Positions 16,955-26,878 of a stretch of 64,000 nt of DNA are shown here, one piece after another. The DNA is from a virus, in IMG/VR virus record IMGVR_UViG_3300009528_000013, positions 32,001 to 96,000 of that record; one strand, written 5' to 3'. The position numbers were made by a program, and so were the translations under genes. Positions within the stretch are counted from its first letter, which is position 1. Every line of letters begins with the position of its first letter. The notes under the pieces were generated by a model. The model searched no databases. It was not told where the DNA came from and was given only the letters and a program-made list of their open reading frames with translations.

Positions 16955-16986
16955 GCCCGTTCCTTTCCCGATAAGGACATAGGCAG

Positions 16987-17544
16987 ATGCATGAATCTTG
17001 TCTTGCATTCGGAATGAGGTGTTTGGGTCGAGAAGAGATTGAGGGGAAAAGTGTCCTCGAGGTCGGCTCTTACGACATAAACGGCAGCTTCCGTCCTCGA
17101 ATTAAATCTTTTGGCCCGAGCGAATACATCGGAATAGATTTGATGAGTGGGCCGAGGGTCGATCTGGTTCTTTCGGCGGAGAGGGTCATAGAGCATTTCG
17201 GAGAGAATCGATTTGATGTCGTGCTCTCTACCGAAGTTCTTGAGCACGTAAGGGACTGGAAGAAGGTTATTTCGAACATTAAACGGGTTTGTAAACCGCG
17301 AGGGATGATTCTAATTACAACGCGATCTCTTGGTTTTCCCCACCATACTGCTCCTTTCGATTTCTGGCGATACGAACTATCCGATATGGAGCATATTTTC
17401 TCCGATTGCGAGATACAGCTATTACGAAAAGATCCTCAGGTCCCGGGGGTTTTTCTCAAGGCGTGGAAGCCCGATCCGTTCTCCGAAGTTGATTTATCCG
17501 ACTATGAAGTGTTCGGTCCGATAGATCCGCTGAACGGGGAGTGA
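16987..17544 (+). CDS. class I SAM-dependent methyltransferase
   Basis: VLEVGS, YIGID, FDVV.STEVLEHV...KPRG. Confidence 0.85.
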   Translation: MHESCLAFGMRCLGREEIEGKSVLEVGSYDINGSFRPRIKSFGPSEYIGIDLMSGPRVDLVLSAERVIEHFGENRFDVVLSTEVLEHVRDWKKVISNIKRVCKPRGMILITTRSLGFPHHTAPFDFWRYELSDMEHIFSDCEIQLLRKDPQVPGVFLKAWKPDPFSEVDLSDYEVFGPIDPLNGE

Positions 17545-17580
17545 GTAAGGCGCGTAATAAATTAGAAAGTGAGGTACTGA

Positions 17581-18441
17581 ATGGGCGATGAACCGATTTT
17601 TGGGCTGATGATGATCGCTTCGACCGATGAGACGTACATCGAGCAGAGTCTGACGCCGTTCTTGGAATCGGAGCGTATTGTTGAGATCAACGTGCTGCTT
17701 TCTCAGGGGCATTACTTCTGCGGCAGAGAGATCACGCCTGACAGAACCGAGGAGATCTTAGAAGGCCTGAAGTGTCCGAAGTTGAAGATCACGAAGGAAG
17801 AGTACCCGAGTGAGGCGTTCGTGAGAAATCTGGGGATGAGTCTGTTCCAGGAGAGCGACATGATCTTGGTTTTCGACCCGGATGAGATCATCTTGCCGCC
17901 AATGCTGGACAAAGCTATGGATTGGATCGAAGTACATCCCTACCAGCTTTATTCGATGACATTTACCGGGTACTGGAAAGACGTGAACCATCAGCTTGTG
18001 ATCAAGCATCCGACGGGCGTGGTCGCTGTGAGTCGGGATGTCCATTTCGACGAGGGGCGAATTGCCCGGGGCTGGAGAGAGATAAACATTCCTGCGCATG
18101 AAGTCCATTTCCATCATTTCGGATTGGCGCTTCCGCCAGAAGCGCAACTTGAAAAATGCCGACGAGTACCCCTTCATCCACTCTGGTACGAGCGAATTTG
18201 GAAGGGTTGGATCCCGGGAATGGAGAACCTTCACCCAATAGTCCCGGACGCTTGGCCAGGAGTCGCTGAAGTTGAGCCGGATCCGGCTTTGATTAAGTAC
18301 CTGGCACAGTTCGAGGCTAAGAAAAAAAAAGTCGTCGAGGTTGAGATAGAGGAGAAGGTAACAACAGATGAAGGAACTGAGCCCAAGCGCAGCAGTAAAT
18401 CTGGGAGGGCTACTGGTCGGGGACACGCTCAGAGTGGCTAA
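17581..18441 (+). CDS. glycosyltransferase family 2-like
   Basis: RN.G..., LVFDPDE (DxD), HFHHFG. Confidence 0.75.
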   Translation: MGDEPIFGLMMIASTDETYIEQSLTPFLESERIVEINVLLSQGHYFCGREITPDRTEEILEGLKCPKLKITKEEYPSEAFVRNLGMSLFQESDMILVFDPDEIILPPMLDKAMDWIEVHPYQLYSMTFTGYWKDVNHQLVIKHPTGVVAVSRDVHFDEGRIARGWREINIPAHEVHFHHFGLALPPEAQLEKCRRVPLHPLWYERIWKGWIPGMENLHPIVPDAWPGVAEVEPDPALIKYLAQFEAKKKKVVEVEIEEKVTTDEGTEPKRSSKSGRATGRGHAQSG

Positions 18442-19150
18442 GTTTTTGAAGACCGCACGGCAATTTCTTGCGCCGAATGAGGGGATGGTAGCATTTTGCG
18501 ACGACTGGAATGCAGGAGTCGTGGATCTCTTTATACGATCTTCGGATATCCCGATCTCAGAATCGGCGGTTTTTCCTTTTGCGGAGATCCTGAATCGTGC
18601 GGGAAGAAAACAGAGATCGCGTGATTGGGACGGTGACGTTGAGCTTTTCCGGGTCGACCCAGAAGTGGAAAAGGCCGGATATCCTTTCGACAGAGTTTTT
18701 TACCCGATCTTGCCGGATCTCCACGACGATCTGACAGAATTTGAAATTGCCTTCGCGCATACACCGGAAGTCGATCTCCCCGAAAAATTCATCGCGGTTC
18801 ATCCGTCTTCGGTCTCGAAACGAAAGGAAATTCCGGCTTTGTTTGCGGCGGAGTTTCCGTTTCCAGTTGTGAACGTTGGGGGAAAAGACGAAAGAACAGT
18901 TCGGGATGCTCAGGTTGAGAATGGCCGGCCTCTGTGGGAGACCGCTTGGATCTTGAAGCAGGCGGTGGCGACGGTCGGGATTTGTTCATCGATCACGCAG
19001 TTGGCGGCTCAGATCGGGTGTCGAACGGTGATGTGTCATTACGAAGAATGGTGTTTCAAGTTTCTCGGTGTCCGAGATCTCGGTGGCAGAGATCTCTTGA
19101 ATCCAGGCAGAATTCAAATTGAGCAAATGGTTGAAGTCGCAGTTGGATAA
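18368..19150 (+). CDS. GT9-like glycosyltransferase
   Basis: GLLVGDTL, FIAVHPSS, L.ETA.IL.QA...VGICSS..QLAA. Confidence 0.65.
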   Translation: MKELSPSAAVNLGGLLVGDTLRVAKFLKTARQFLAPNEGMVAFCDDWNAGVVDLFIRSSDIPISESAVFPFAEILNRAGRKQRSRDWDGDVELFRVDPEVEKAGYPFDRVFYPILPDLHDDLTEFEIAFAHTPEVDLPEKFIAVHPSSVSKRKEIPALFAAEFPFPVVNVGGKDERTVRDAQVENGRPLWETAWILKQAVATVGICSSITQLAAQIGCRTVMCHYEEWCFKFLGVRDLGGRDLLNPGRIQIEQMVEVAVG

Positions 19151-19159
19151 AGGAAATCG

Positions 19160-19417
19160 ATGCTATTAGCTCTTCAGATCGTAGCGGGTGCCGTTCTCAC
19201 ACTGTTACTCGTTCTGCTTGGATTTCTGTCGAGGAGAATTTCGCAGAATGAAAAGCGGATTCATGAGATCGAAAAGGTTATCGCAAAACTTTCAAATGAT
19301 GTTCAGCATCGGCTGACTGGAGTTGAGACCGATCTGAAATGGATCAAGAAGGAGCAGGAAACTCAGAGTAAGACACTGCAAAGGATTGAAGATTTTGTCA
19401 GAAAGGAAGGAGACTGA
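19160..19417 (+). CDS. membrane-anchored coiled-coil protein (holin/XhlA-like)
   Basis: One N-terminal TM helix, then coiled coil with ETDLKWIK. Confidence 0.5.
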   Translation: MLLALQIVAGAVLTLLLVLLGFLSRRISQNEKRIHEIEKVIAKLSNDVQHRLTGVETDLKWIKKEQETQSKTLQRIEDFVRKEGD

Positions 19418-19764
19418 TGATTGCGAAAGAGATCAGGACGACAATCTTGGGTTTGATGGGTGAGGTATTGGATCTCCTGCGAATTAGTCCGCTGGACGAT
19501 CGGCAGGTGGACCAGATCAAGACTACGCTCAAGAACACCGTAAATCGAGAGCTGGTTCGGCTTCTGGAGAACCTCGAAGCGCAGAAGGTGATCAAAAAGT
19601 GTGAATGTCTGGAGAAGCTGTTGGCCGAAAGGGATCCGAAAGAGCGACGTAGGCTTTTCGGAGTCCGGGATGCCTGCGAAAAATGTGAGGGATCGGGCTA
19701 CATCGATATAAAGAAGCCGGTCCCGAAGAGGAAGAGTGCGGAACATGCAGAATCTAAATCTTGA
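19417..19764 (+). CDS. hypothetical protein
   Basis: ORF track; CEKC.GSG motif. Confidence 0.6.
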   Translation: MIAKEIRTTILGLMGEVLDLLRISPLDDRQVDQIKTTLKNTVNRELVRLLENLEAQKVIKKCECLEKLLAERDPKERRRLFGVRDACEKCEGSGYIDIKKPVPKRKSAEHAESKS

Positions 19765-20887
19765 AATCGAGAAGATCAAGGACATTTCGGACTACGATCC
19801 AGATGGAACAAAAGACTGGGCGGCATTGAAGCCAGACGGAACAAAAGACTGGGCGGCATTGAAGGATGATGCCCGGATTTGTGCGGGATGGTACGCCACA
19901 TTCTTGGACCCGGACAAAGAGATCAAGTTCAGTGAGGTGGAGATTGTCGCTGTCGCCGTCAAGGTTTACAAGGAGATTGCGCGGTGTAAGAAGCTCGATC
20001 CAGAAGAATATAAGTATACCGTGAATCCCGATGAGATGAAATCGGCGGCGAAGAAGCTCTGGGAGAGGGTAGCGAAGGAACTGAGTAAGACTGAGATCGA
20101 GATTCTACTCAAGGAGGCCGAAGAGAATGCCAAAGTCGATAAGGAACAAGGAAAAGGTCAGAAAGAGACAACGGAAGAAGAAGAGAAGGACGATGAGTAC
20201 GCTGAAGTGAAGCCATCGGGCGATAAGAAGGGACGAGAGGTCACCGTTGAGGAAGTCCTGGAAAAGTTCGAATCGTTCCTATTGAGGAAGCCGTTTCTCT
20301 ATTTGGTCGGTGGTCTGGCTAACAATGGCAAAACAACCGGAGACATCGATATTTTGGTCAAAGCGGAAGAGGATTTACCGGACTCGTTCAGGATCCCATT
20401 GGAGTTTAGAATCTATCGGATGTTTGCACCGGAGGATCGACCTCGCGTCCATATTTTATATGATCTCTATCAGGGTCCGTTCACTACGCACTACGAGTTA
20501 GCGGATTTGAAAGTCGATAATCACGAGGAATTTGTTCGGGTCGAAATGAGTAGAGATTTGGAAGAGGAGAAGGAGGACAAAGACGGAGTTCTCTCGGAGA
20601 TTGAGAAGAGTCTGGGCGAAGAAGGGTTTCCAGAAGAGTTTGTGGAGAAGGCGCGATTTCATTTGGAAATTCAAAAAGCCGAGTTTGGATTGGCCGGGAA
20701 AGAGGGCGTGGCCGCGAATCGTGAAGCGAAACAATCGATGCGTCAAGACCGGGTTGTGATGAATAGAAGATTCTATCCGCAGAAGACCTCAGTTTCGGCG
20801 ATGATGGCATATCGAGTCCAGGAGACGTATTCGGTTTCACAGACGTTGGATTACTTGCAGAAATTATATGAACGAGGAATTCGATGA
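19736..20887 (+). CDS. Pol-beta superfamily nucleotidyltransferase domain protein
   Basis: LYLVGGLANNGKTTGDIDILV (hG[GS]...DxD); internal PDGTKDWAALK x2. Confidence 0.75.
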   Translation: MRNMQNLNLEIEKIKDISDYDPDGTKDWAALKPDGTKDWAALKDDARICAGWYATFLDPDKEIKFSEVEIVAVAVKVYKEIARCKKLDPEEYKYTVNPDEMKSAAKKLWERVAKELSKTEIEILLKEAEENAKVDKEQGKGQKETTEEEEKDDEYAEVKPSGDKKGREVTVEEVLEKFESFLLRKPFLYLVGGLANNGKTTGDIDILVKAEEDLPDSFRIPLEFRIYRMFAPEDRPRVHILYDLYQGPFTTHYELADLKVDNHEEFVRVEMSRDLEEEKEDKDGVLSEIEKSLGEEGFPEEFVEKARFHLEIQKAEFGLAGKEGVAANREAKQSMRQDRVVMNRRFYPQKTSVSAMMAYRVQETYSVSQTLDYLQKLYERGIR

Positions 20888-22305
20888 ATTTTGAAAAGGA
20901 CGAAGATTTTGTGCTCAAGTCCGGAGCGATCCCGCAAGTAGCGATCGAGAAGAAGTACGATGGGATCGTCCTGGTGACTTTTTGTTCTGGGGACAAAGTT
21001 AAGATCTTTACGGACAGCGGCAAGTGGGTTGAGAGCAGTCTTCCGGATCTTGTCGACGAGGTTCCAAAAATAAGGGACCGCGTTAAGAATTTCTGTTTGA
21101 TTGGAGAAATGGAATACTGGGTTGGTGGAAAGCATCGTCCCAGAGAAGAGATGGCGGCGCTCCTGCATAAAAAGGAAGTCATCACCAGGAAGACGATTAC
21201 CTATAATGTCTTTGACTGTCTATATTACGACCGGGACATCCATAAGCTCACGAAGAGAGAGCGCCGGGAATTCTTGGAGAAATTCGCGTTTCCGCAATCG
21301 ACGATGGGCGTACCAAGTGAAAGTTTGATTCTCAATCTGACGCCTTCGCTGTATTGTGAGACGCTGAAAGAAGCCGAGTCTGCCCTCCAGAAGTGTCTGA
21401 AGGCCCCTGGTTCAGAAGGCGCGATGATCAAACTTCTCGATACCGCTAGCTCGGGATATAGTATGTCAGGCATGACTTCTGGGGTCTTCAAGCAGAAAAA
21501 GTTCGCCGAAGTTCACTGTCTTGTCGGTCAGGTAAATTCGACGAAGGTTGGGCCGGACACTTTCAATTACGAATTGTATTTGCGATTCCGGCCGTCGGAT
21601 AAGGTTGATCCGAAACGGGTGAAGGAAATCAAAGGCAAGGAATACGTCTACGTCGGACGTAGTTACAATACCAACATCAAGGCTCAGATCGGAACGGTTT
21701 TGACGATGAAGTTTCATACTATGAATTTGTACCACGACGATGAATCAGGTTTCAATCGCCTTCATTTATATGAGCCGATAGTCGTTGAAATTTGGGTTGA
21801 AAAAAAGGAGCCGGATTATTTTTCGATTGCAATTAAGATCGGTCAGACTGTCAATTTGTTAATCGAGAAAGCTTTCACGAAGGCGATGGATTTGTTGTGG
21901 AGAGTGCCCCCCGAAGAAATGAAAAACTGGGTCCCCGGCTATCGCCGGAGCGCAGAATTCGATAGTGGTGTTCTTAAAATGGAGACTGTGCCGGATGAGC
22001 TACGCAAAGGGCGATTTGTCTGGTTTGTCACCGATGAGCCCGAGATAGATGTTGAAAAAATGAATAAGCAACTTAGCATTGAGAAGATGAAGCACCCCTT
22101 TCCGAAGCTCACCAACAAAAAGGTCTCCGATCTTGAGGAGGGCGAGGGTACGTATCCGCGAAAAGGTGGAAGATTACGGGGCGTTAGCGTCGGCAGAGAT
22201 GAGGATGGGTACTACGTTTTCACACATCGGTCGCGATCGAAATCGTATCCTTCTGTGAAAGATATTCCCGATAGGGTGGTTCAGCAGGTCGAATCCACTG
22301 GTTAA
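20884..22305 (+). CDS. ATP-dependent DNA ligase-like protein
   Basis: IEKKYDG (motif I), LIGEM (III), YNVFDCLY (IIIa), EGAMIK (IV), FKQKK (V), then an OB-like region. Confidence 0.85.
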   Translation: MNFEKDEDFVLKSGAIPQVAIEKKYDGIVLVTFCSGDKVKIFTDSGKWVESSLPDLVDEVPKIRDRVKNFCLIGEMEYWVGGKHRPREEMAALLHKKEVITRKTITYNVFDCLYYDRDIHKLTKRERREFLEKFAFPQSTMGVPSESLILNLTPSLYCETLKEAESALQKCLKAPGSEGAMIKLLDTASSGYSMSGMTSGVFKQKKFAEVHCLVGQVNSTKVGPDTFNYELYLRFRPSDKVDPKRVKEIKGKEYVYVGRSYNTNIKAQIGTVLTMKFHTMNLYHDDESGFNRLHLYEPIVVEIWVEKKEPDYFSIAIKIGQTVNLLIEKAFTKAMDLLWRVPPEEMKNWVPGYRRSAEFDSGVLKMETVPDELRKGRFVWFVTDEPEIDVEKMNKQLSIEKMKHPFPKLTNKKVSDLEEGEGTYPRKGGRLRGVSVGRDEDGYYVFTHRSRSKSYPSVKDIPDRVVQQVESTG

Positions 22306-22314
22306 GGAGAAGAG

Positions 22315-25300
22315 ATGGGGAGAGTCAAATATCGAGCCAAAATTCTGAAAATCGAGGGGGACAATGTTCACTTCTCCATTCCAACTGAAGTTTTCGCACG
22401 GACAATTCCCGACTTCGAAGGTTTCGATCTAGCTGACCCCTTAACGCTGAAGGCCGATTTTCTTGACATCGAGAAGATATTCTATTTGGGAAGCAAGGGG
22501 AGACTAAAGAATCAATTTGCGAAATTGGTTCCGGAGGATGTCAAAACAATTTTCGATCCAATGTGTGGGACTGCTCTGTTTTTAGCGGAGATGGCGAAGC
22601 AAGGAAAGAGGATCATTGCAAACGATTACTCGACGGCGCCTTTTTATACCGCCCGGGCGATGTTTTTGAAAAATAAGCCGAACGAAGAAGAGTTCAAAGC
22701 ATTTCTTAAATCTGTAAATGAAGTCGAGGGGTACTATTTTCAAAATGCAAAAAAACTCTTTCCAATCCTGGCTGGTAGGAAGCATGCTCAGAAGTTTATA
22801 GATGGATATATCCTTCGGGCGAGGGAGGCGAAGTTTGGACATTACTATCTTGGAGTGTTGTCTGCCTGCCTCTTGAATTGGTTTGGGTCGTTTGGCGGAC
22901 CGTATCGAAAATGGAGTTTTGCAGAATTCAAATCCAAGCTCGGATTTTACGCGAAGCAACTACGTTCTTTCGAAATCGAGGGGACAGTTACCAATTTAGA
23001 CGCCTTGACGATGGAGATTCCCTCGGTCGATATGATTTACTTCGATCCACCGTACTCGGAAAAACTGTTCAAGTACATCACAAAGTTTGGAAAGTTGAAT
23101 GCGATTCTACTTCAGAAGGATTGGGATAAGAAAGAAGTTACCCAGGATCAGGTACAGGCGCTTGCTGAAAAGTTGGCCGGGCATTGCAAATATCTCTTTG
23201 TTTCGACTAGTCCCGCCTGTCCGATCAAATGGAAAGCGCTTTTTGAAAGAACGAAGCGCCAGGCCAGTCAGAAACGCTTCGCTCTGACTGGTTCCGGAGC
23301 AATCGCAGCCAGCTTACCATCAGCACAGCAGAACAAAAGAAGAATGTCGGAGATCCTCTGGGTCTCCGTTCGGAAGTCGGAGGGAGAGGAACAAGAAAAA
23401 GCAGAGATTGAAAAAGCGAAAGCCGATCCCTTTAGCGTTTACCCCGACGAGAGCGGGGACTACAGTTATATGATGCACACTCACGCGAGAGGGCGATCGG
23501 TCCACGCGGATTTGCGAATTCAAAGCCTGGGAAAGGAGTTCTTGGTCGGATGGACCCTAATGATTCAAAGAGAAGGTGCGATCAAAGAACCGATTCTCTC
23601 GATGGGCGATTTGAGAAAGATCAATGCCGATTCTACGAAATACTACAAAATCAATTTGCAGACGGGCGAGTGGGCGGAGAGAGAGAAGAAAAGTACGAAA
23701 CCAGGAACGACAGTTCGAGTCGAATTGGTTGCGACTCGCAAATCTCCGGAACCGAAAAGTTGGATGACATTTGAAGGTGTCGTTAAACCAGGAGTCCTCG
23801 GAGCGACGAAGGAATTTCCCGGGGTATTTGTTATTGTCGATCGGGGGAAGGCGGAGTACCTTTCGCAAAAGCCGTGGCTCCACGAATATTTTTTTGATGG
23901 GAAGGTTCTTAAGAAGGGACGATTCTTTTTCCGTCAGCTTCGAGCCTGGAAGACGAAAAAATCTGATGATGAGCCCGATCAACAGGAGATTCTCGGCAGC
24001 GAAGTGTTGTGGAATCACATAGCGGATCTGAACAGCCGGGCTTTTGCAGTTTTGAAGGGTGAGGGAATGACCGATGAGGAGATCCGGCAATGGATCGAAC
24101 CGCAATTGATTGAGGTCATGAAAGAAATGGGTCTGCCCGCGGAATCGGAAGTTTCAGTCGATGATCCGATGGATAGGGGACTGAAAGAAGAAGATATTCT
24201 GAAAGCTTTCGTCATTCCGCCCGGCAAGGAAGAAGGTCTGGGTCCAGAGCTCGGGTGGCTTTGTATCAATCCCGACGATCAGATTCCTTACGTCCTTTCG
24301 AACCGAGCCATCGAGCAGGGTTTCCTTCCACCGCCGACCATTAGTGCGCTTCCGAAGCATTGGAGAAAACACGTTAAGACGGAAGAAGAGTATTGGACGG
24401 TGAAGGATAAGCCGAAGGCATTCGAAATGCGAAAGGTTTTGGTCAAAAGATGGAAAGAGGAAGGGATCCTGAGTAAAGCTCAGAAGGGGGACCGGGATCC
24501 TTTTGGGAAATCTGTCGAGAAGGAAGCGCCGGTCGAGGTTCTCTGGGTCGGGTCGAGAAGAGACGAATGGGAAGCAATCGAGAAAGCTCGTCATCGCCAT
24601 GACACGTGTATGGAATGCTCTCATAAGCCGGTACTCGAGATTATCTGGGCAAATGGTCACGGGCACGCTTGGTTCTGCTGGCCTTGCTTTGTGAAGTGGC
24701 TTGGGAAGGAGACCAATCCGTGGTCCGGAAAAGGCGATGACGTTGATTATGTGAAGCTCGTCAAAGACGGCGAGGCAGCGAAAAAATTTGCCGACAATCG
24801 GAATCCGAACATTAAAGAGCAACTGGCGGAGTATTTTGCGAGTGAAGAGATCAAAGGTGCTGCTAAAGAGTTTGAAGTTTTTCTTGAACGACTTAAATCC
24901 GAGAAGGATTCCAAACCCGAGTCTGTCGGAGTTTCGAAAGCTGCCGTGACCGAATTTCGATTCACGTATCAGTTTTGGAAGGGTCCGAAGGTTGTCCGGG
25001 AGGGTCCGACACGTGAAAGATTCTTGCTCTGGATCAAAACCGGAGAAAAGTACTTGATTTTTAAGCTGAATGATAATATATTAGAGGCTGACGAGACTGG
25101 CGGAATGATTCGGGAAGATAATTGGGGCAATGAAGAGTACCGGAAGACTGGCTATGTCAAGCCCGGGACTCCCCTGAATCCGACGACGGATACTCCATCG
25201 TTCATTCGACTTTTGGGTTCTGGGAAAGCGATTATGCTGATCGACAAGCCTGAGTTGAAAAAGATTCAGTTTAAGGGCAAGAAACTGAAAGGAGTGTTTC

Positions 25301-25368
25301 TCTTTAAGCGTGCGGAGGATCATTGGTACGTCGAGAGAACGCCAGCAGAGCCTGGCGGTGAGACTTGA
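22315..25368 (+). CDS. multidomain protein: Dam-like adenine methyltransferase + LigD-type 3'-phosphoesterase + Zn finger + PE-like C-terminus
   Basis: YLGSK, IFDPMCGT, ANDY, YFDPPY; HTHARGRSVHADLR...GWT and DRGK.EY...F.GK.LKKGRF; CMEC...CWPC; terminal FKGKKLKGVF. Confidence 0.75.
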   Translation: MGRVKYRAKILKIEGDNVHFSIPTEVFARTIPDFEGFDLADPLTLKADFLDIEKIFYLGSKGRLKNQFAKLVPEDVKTIFDPMCGTALFLAEMAKQGKRIIANDYSTAPFYTARAMFLKNKPNEEEFKAFLKSVNEVEGYYFQNAKKLFPILAGRKHAQKFIDGYILRAREAKFGHYYLGVLSACLLNWFGSFGGPYRKWSFAEFKSKLGFYAKQLRSFEIEGTVTNLDALTMEIPSVDMIYFDPPYSEKLFKYITKFGKLNAILLQKDWDKKEVTQDQVQALAEKLAGHCKYLFVSTSPACPIKWKALFERTKRQASQKRFALTGSGAIAASLPSAQQNKRRMSEILWVSVRKSEGEEQEKAEIEKAKADPFSVYPDESGDYSYMMHTHARGRSVHADLRIQSLGKEFLVGWTLMIQREGAIKEPILSMGDLRKINADSTKYYKINLQTGEWAEREKKSTKPGTTVRVELVATRKSPEPKSWMTFEGVVKPGVLGATKEFPGVFVIVDRGKAEYLSQKPWLHEYFFDGKVLKKGRFFFRQLRAWKTKKSDDEPDQQEILGSEVLWNHIADLNSRAFAVLKGEGMTDEEIRQWIEPQLIEVMKEMGLPAESEVSVDDPMDRGLKEEDILKAFVIPPGKEEGLGPELGWLCINPDDQIPYVLSNRAIEQGFLPPPTISALPKHWRKHVKTEEEYWTVKDKPKAFEMRKVLVKRWKEEGILSKAQKGDRDPFGKSVEKEAPVEVLWVGSRRDEWEAIEKARHRHDTCMECSHKPVLEIIWANGHGHAWFCWPCFVKWLGKETNPWSGKGDDVDYVKLVKDGEAAKKFADNRNPNIKEQLAEYFASEEIKGAAKEFEVFLERLKSEKDSKPESVGVSKAAVTEFRFTYQFWKGPKVVREGPTRERFLLWIKTGEKYLIFKLNDNILEADETGGMIREDNWGNEEYRKTGYVKPGTPLNPTTDTPSFIRLLGSGKAIMLIDKPELKKIQFKGKKLKGVFLFKRAEDHWYVERTPAEPGGET

Positions 25369-25381
25369 GGAGGTTTTGAGA

Positions 25382-26803
25382 GTGGACAAGAAGCTGATTC
25401 AGAAAAACTTATCGTTTAAGGACCCGATTCAGAAGGACCACTACAAGGAGTACGAAAAAGAAGGAAAGTGGTACGTCGAAGCCCTTGCTTCGACCGATGA
25501 AATCGACAGTGAAAACTTTAGGATGACTAAGCCTGCTTTGGAGGACTTGGTTAGGGATGCTCGCGTCTTAACCACTGTTCTCCATAATCATCTGAAAGAT
25601 GAAGAGATCGGAGCAATCGAGGAGGCAAAGGTCGTCTTGGTTCAAAAAGAACCGGAGATTTGGGGTGCATGGCTTAAAATTCTGATTTCGAAGACTGTTC
25701 CTGATATCTGGCAGAAGATCAAAGAGAAGGTTCTGAATAAGCTTTCGATCAAGGGGATAGCTGAGTCGCGCTCGACGCAGGACAAACGCCGAGGGATTAT
25801 CGAGGAGGCAATTGCTTACGAAGGTGCCGAGGTCTCGATAGTTTCAGTCCCGACGCTGAAGACTGCTGAAATCCTGTCTTACTATGTCGAGAAAATGAAG
25901 AGGAACGGAGGAGGACTTCCAATGGAAATCAAGGATCTGGAGAAGATCGGCTTAGGTCCTGCGAAAGAGGCGATCCGGGATCTGCTTGGGCTCACGGCAG
26001 AGGATGAGCAATGGGGCAATATCGAGAAGATCATGGATCTGATCGAGGTCGAGGTCAAGAAAGACGAGGGCGGTGGCGAGGAGGAGGTTGAGAACGACCT
26101 GAAGAGTCAGATCGGGAAGGTTCTGACTGCCCTGAAGAATCTGCGTGGCCAAGTGGAAGGGGGTACCCAGAAGCTCGTTGACGACGTGATCGCCTTGGTC
26201 GAAGCTGTGGAAACAAAATATCCTGCCCCACAGCAGAAGTCGAAAGAGGAAGAGGACGCTGTGAGGATAGCCGCGGAGAAGGCCATAAAGGATGCAAAGG
26301 ACGCCGCACTTCAGAAGTCCAGGGAGATCGCTGCGGGGATGACAGAAGGCCTGGAGAAGCAAATCGCCGATCTTCCCGAAGCAGATCGTGGCCCTCTCAC
26401 TGCTGTTCTCAATACGCTGAAGGAGCTTTCAAAAGCGGTTGAGAAGGGAGAGGGAGAGAAGAAGGAGAAGGGGAAAGGGGGGGAGGAGAAGAAAAAGTCC
26501 ACCGACGAGGTCGTCAATGCCATCGAGGAGACTCTGCAGGAGGTTCAAAAGAGCGTTAAGGACGCCGCCTCCCAGATCGAGAGCGATCGGCTCGTTGAGA
26601 TGGCCGAGCAGGTGGTCACAATGAAGACGGAAGTGGAAAAACTTTCGCAAGTAATGTCAAAGCTTCCCATTCGAAAGGGTTTGACGAGAGAAGGGGAGCG
26701 GCGAGATCAGGAGAAGAAGCCTTTCACCGAGGATAAGGCGTATCAGGACTTGGAGCCTCGGGATAAGCTCGGGTTCCTGTTTGGGAAGTTGGAGGGGAAG
26801 TAG
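25382..26803 (+). CDS. prohead protease fused to coiled-coil scaffold
   Basis: GTG after GAGGAGG; AST..ID.EN, LHNH...IG, LSIKG, EVSIV.VP; charged helical C-half; precedes the capsid gene. Confidence 0.85.
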   Translation: MDKKLIQKNLSFKDPIQKDHYKEYEKEGKWYVEALASTDEIDSENFRMTKPALEDLVRDARVLTTVLHNHLKDEEIGAIEEAKVVLVQKEPEIWGAWLKILISKTVPDIWQKIKEKVLNKLSIKGIAESRSTQDKRRGIIEEAIAYEGAEVSIVSVPTLKTAEILSYYVEKMKRNGGGLPMEIKDLEKIGLGPAKEAIRDLLGLTAEDEQWGNIEKIMDLIEVEVKKDEGGGEEEVENDLKSQIGKVLTALKNLRGQVEGGTQKLVDDVIALVEAVETKYPAPQQKSKEEEDAVRIAAEKAIKDAKDAALQKSREIAAGMTEGLEKQIADLPEADRGPLTAVLNTLKELSKAVEKGEGEKKEKGKGGEEKKKSTDEVVNAIEETLQEVQKSVKDAASQIESDRLVEMAEQVVTMKTEVEKLSQVMSKLPIRKGLTREGERRDQEKKPFTEDKAYQDLEPRDKLGFLFGKLEGK

Positions 26804-26878
26804 CGCGGATATGCGTTTCTCCCCGTCAGTCAGTTATTTTCAGAAGTAACTCACAACAATCGATAGGAGTCTGGTGAG

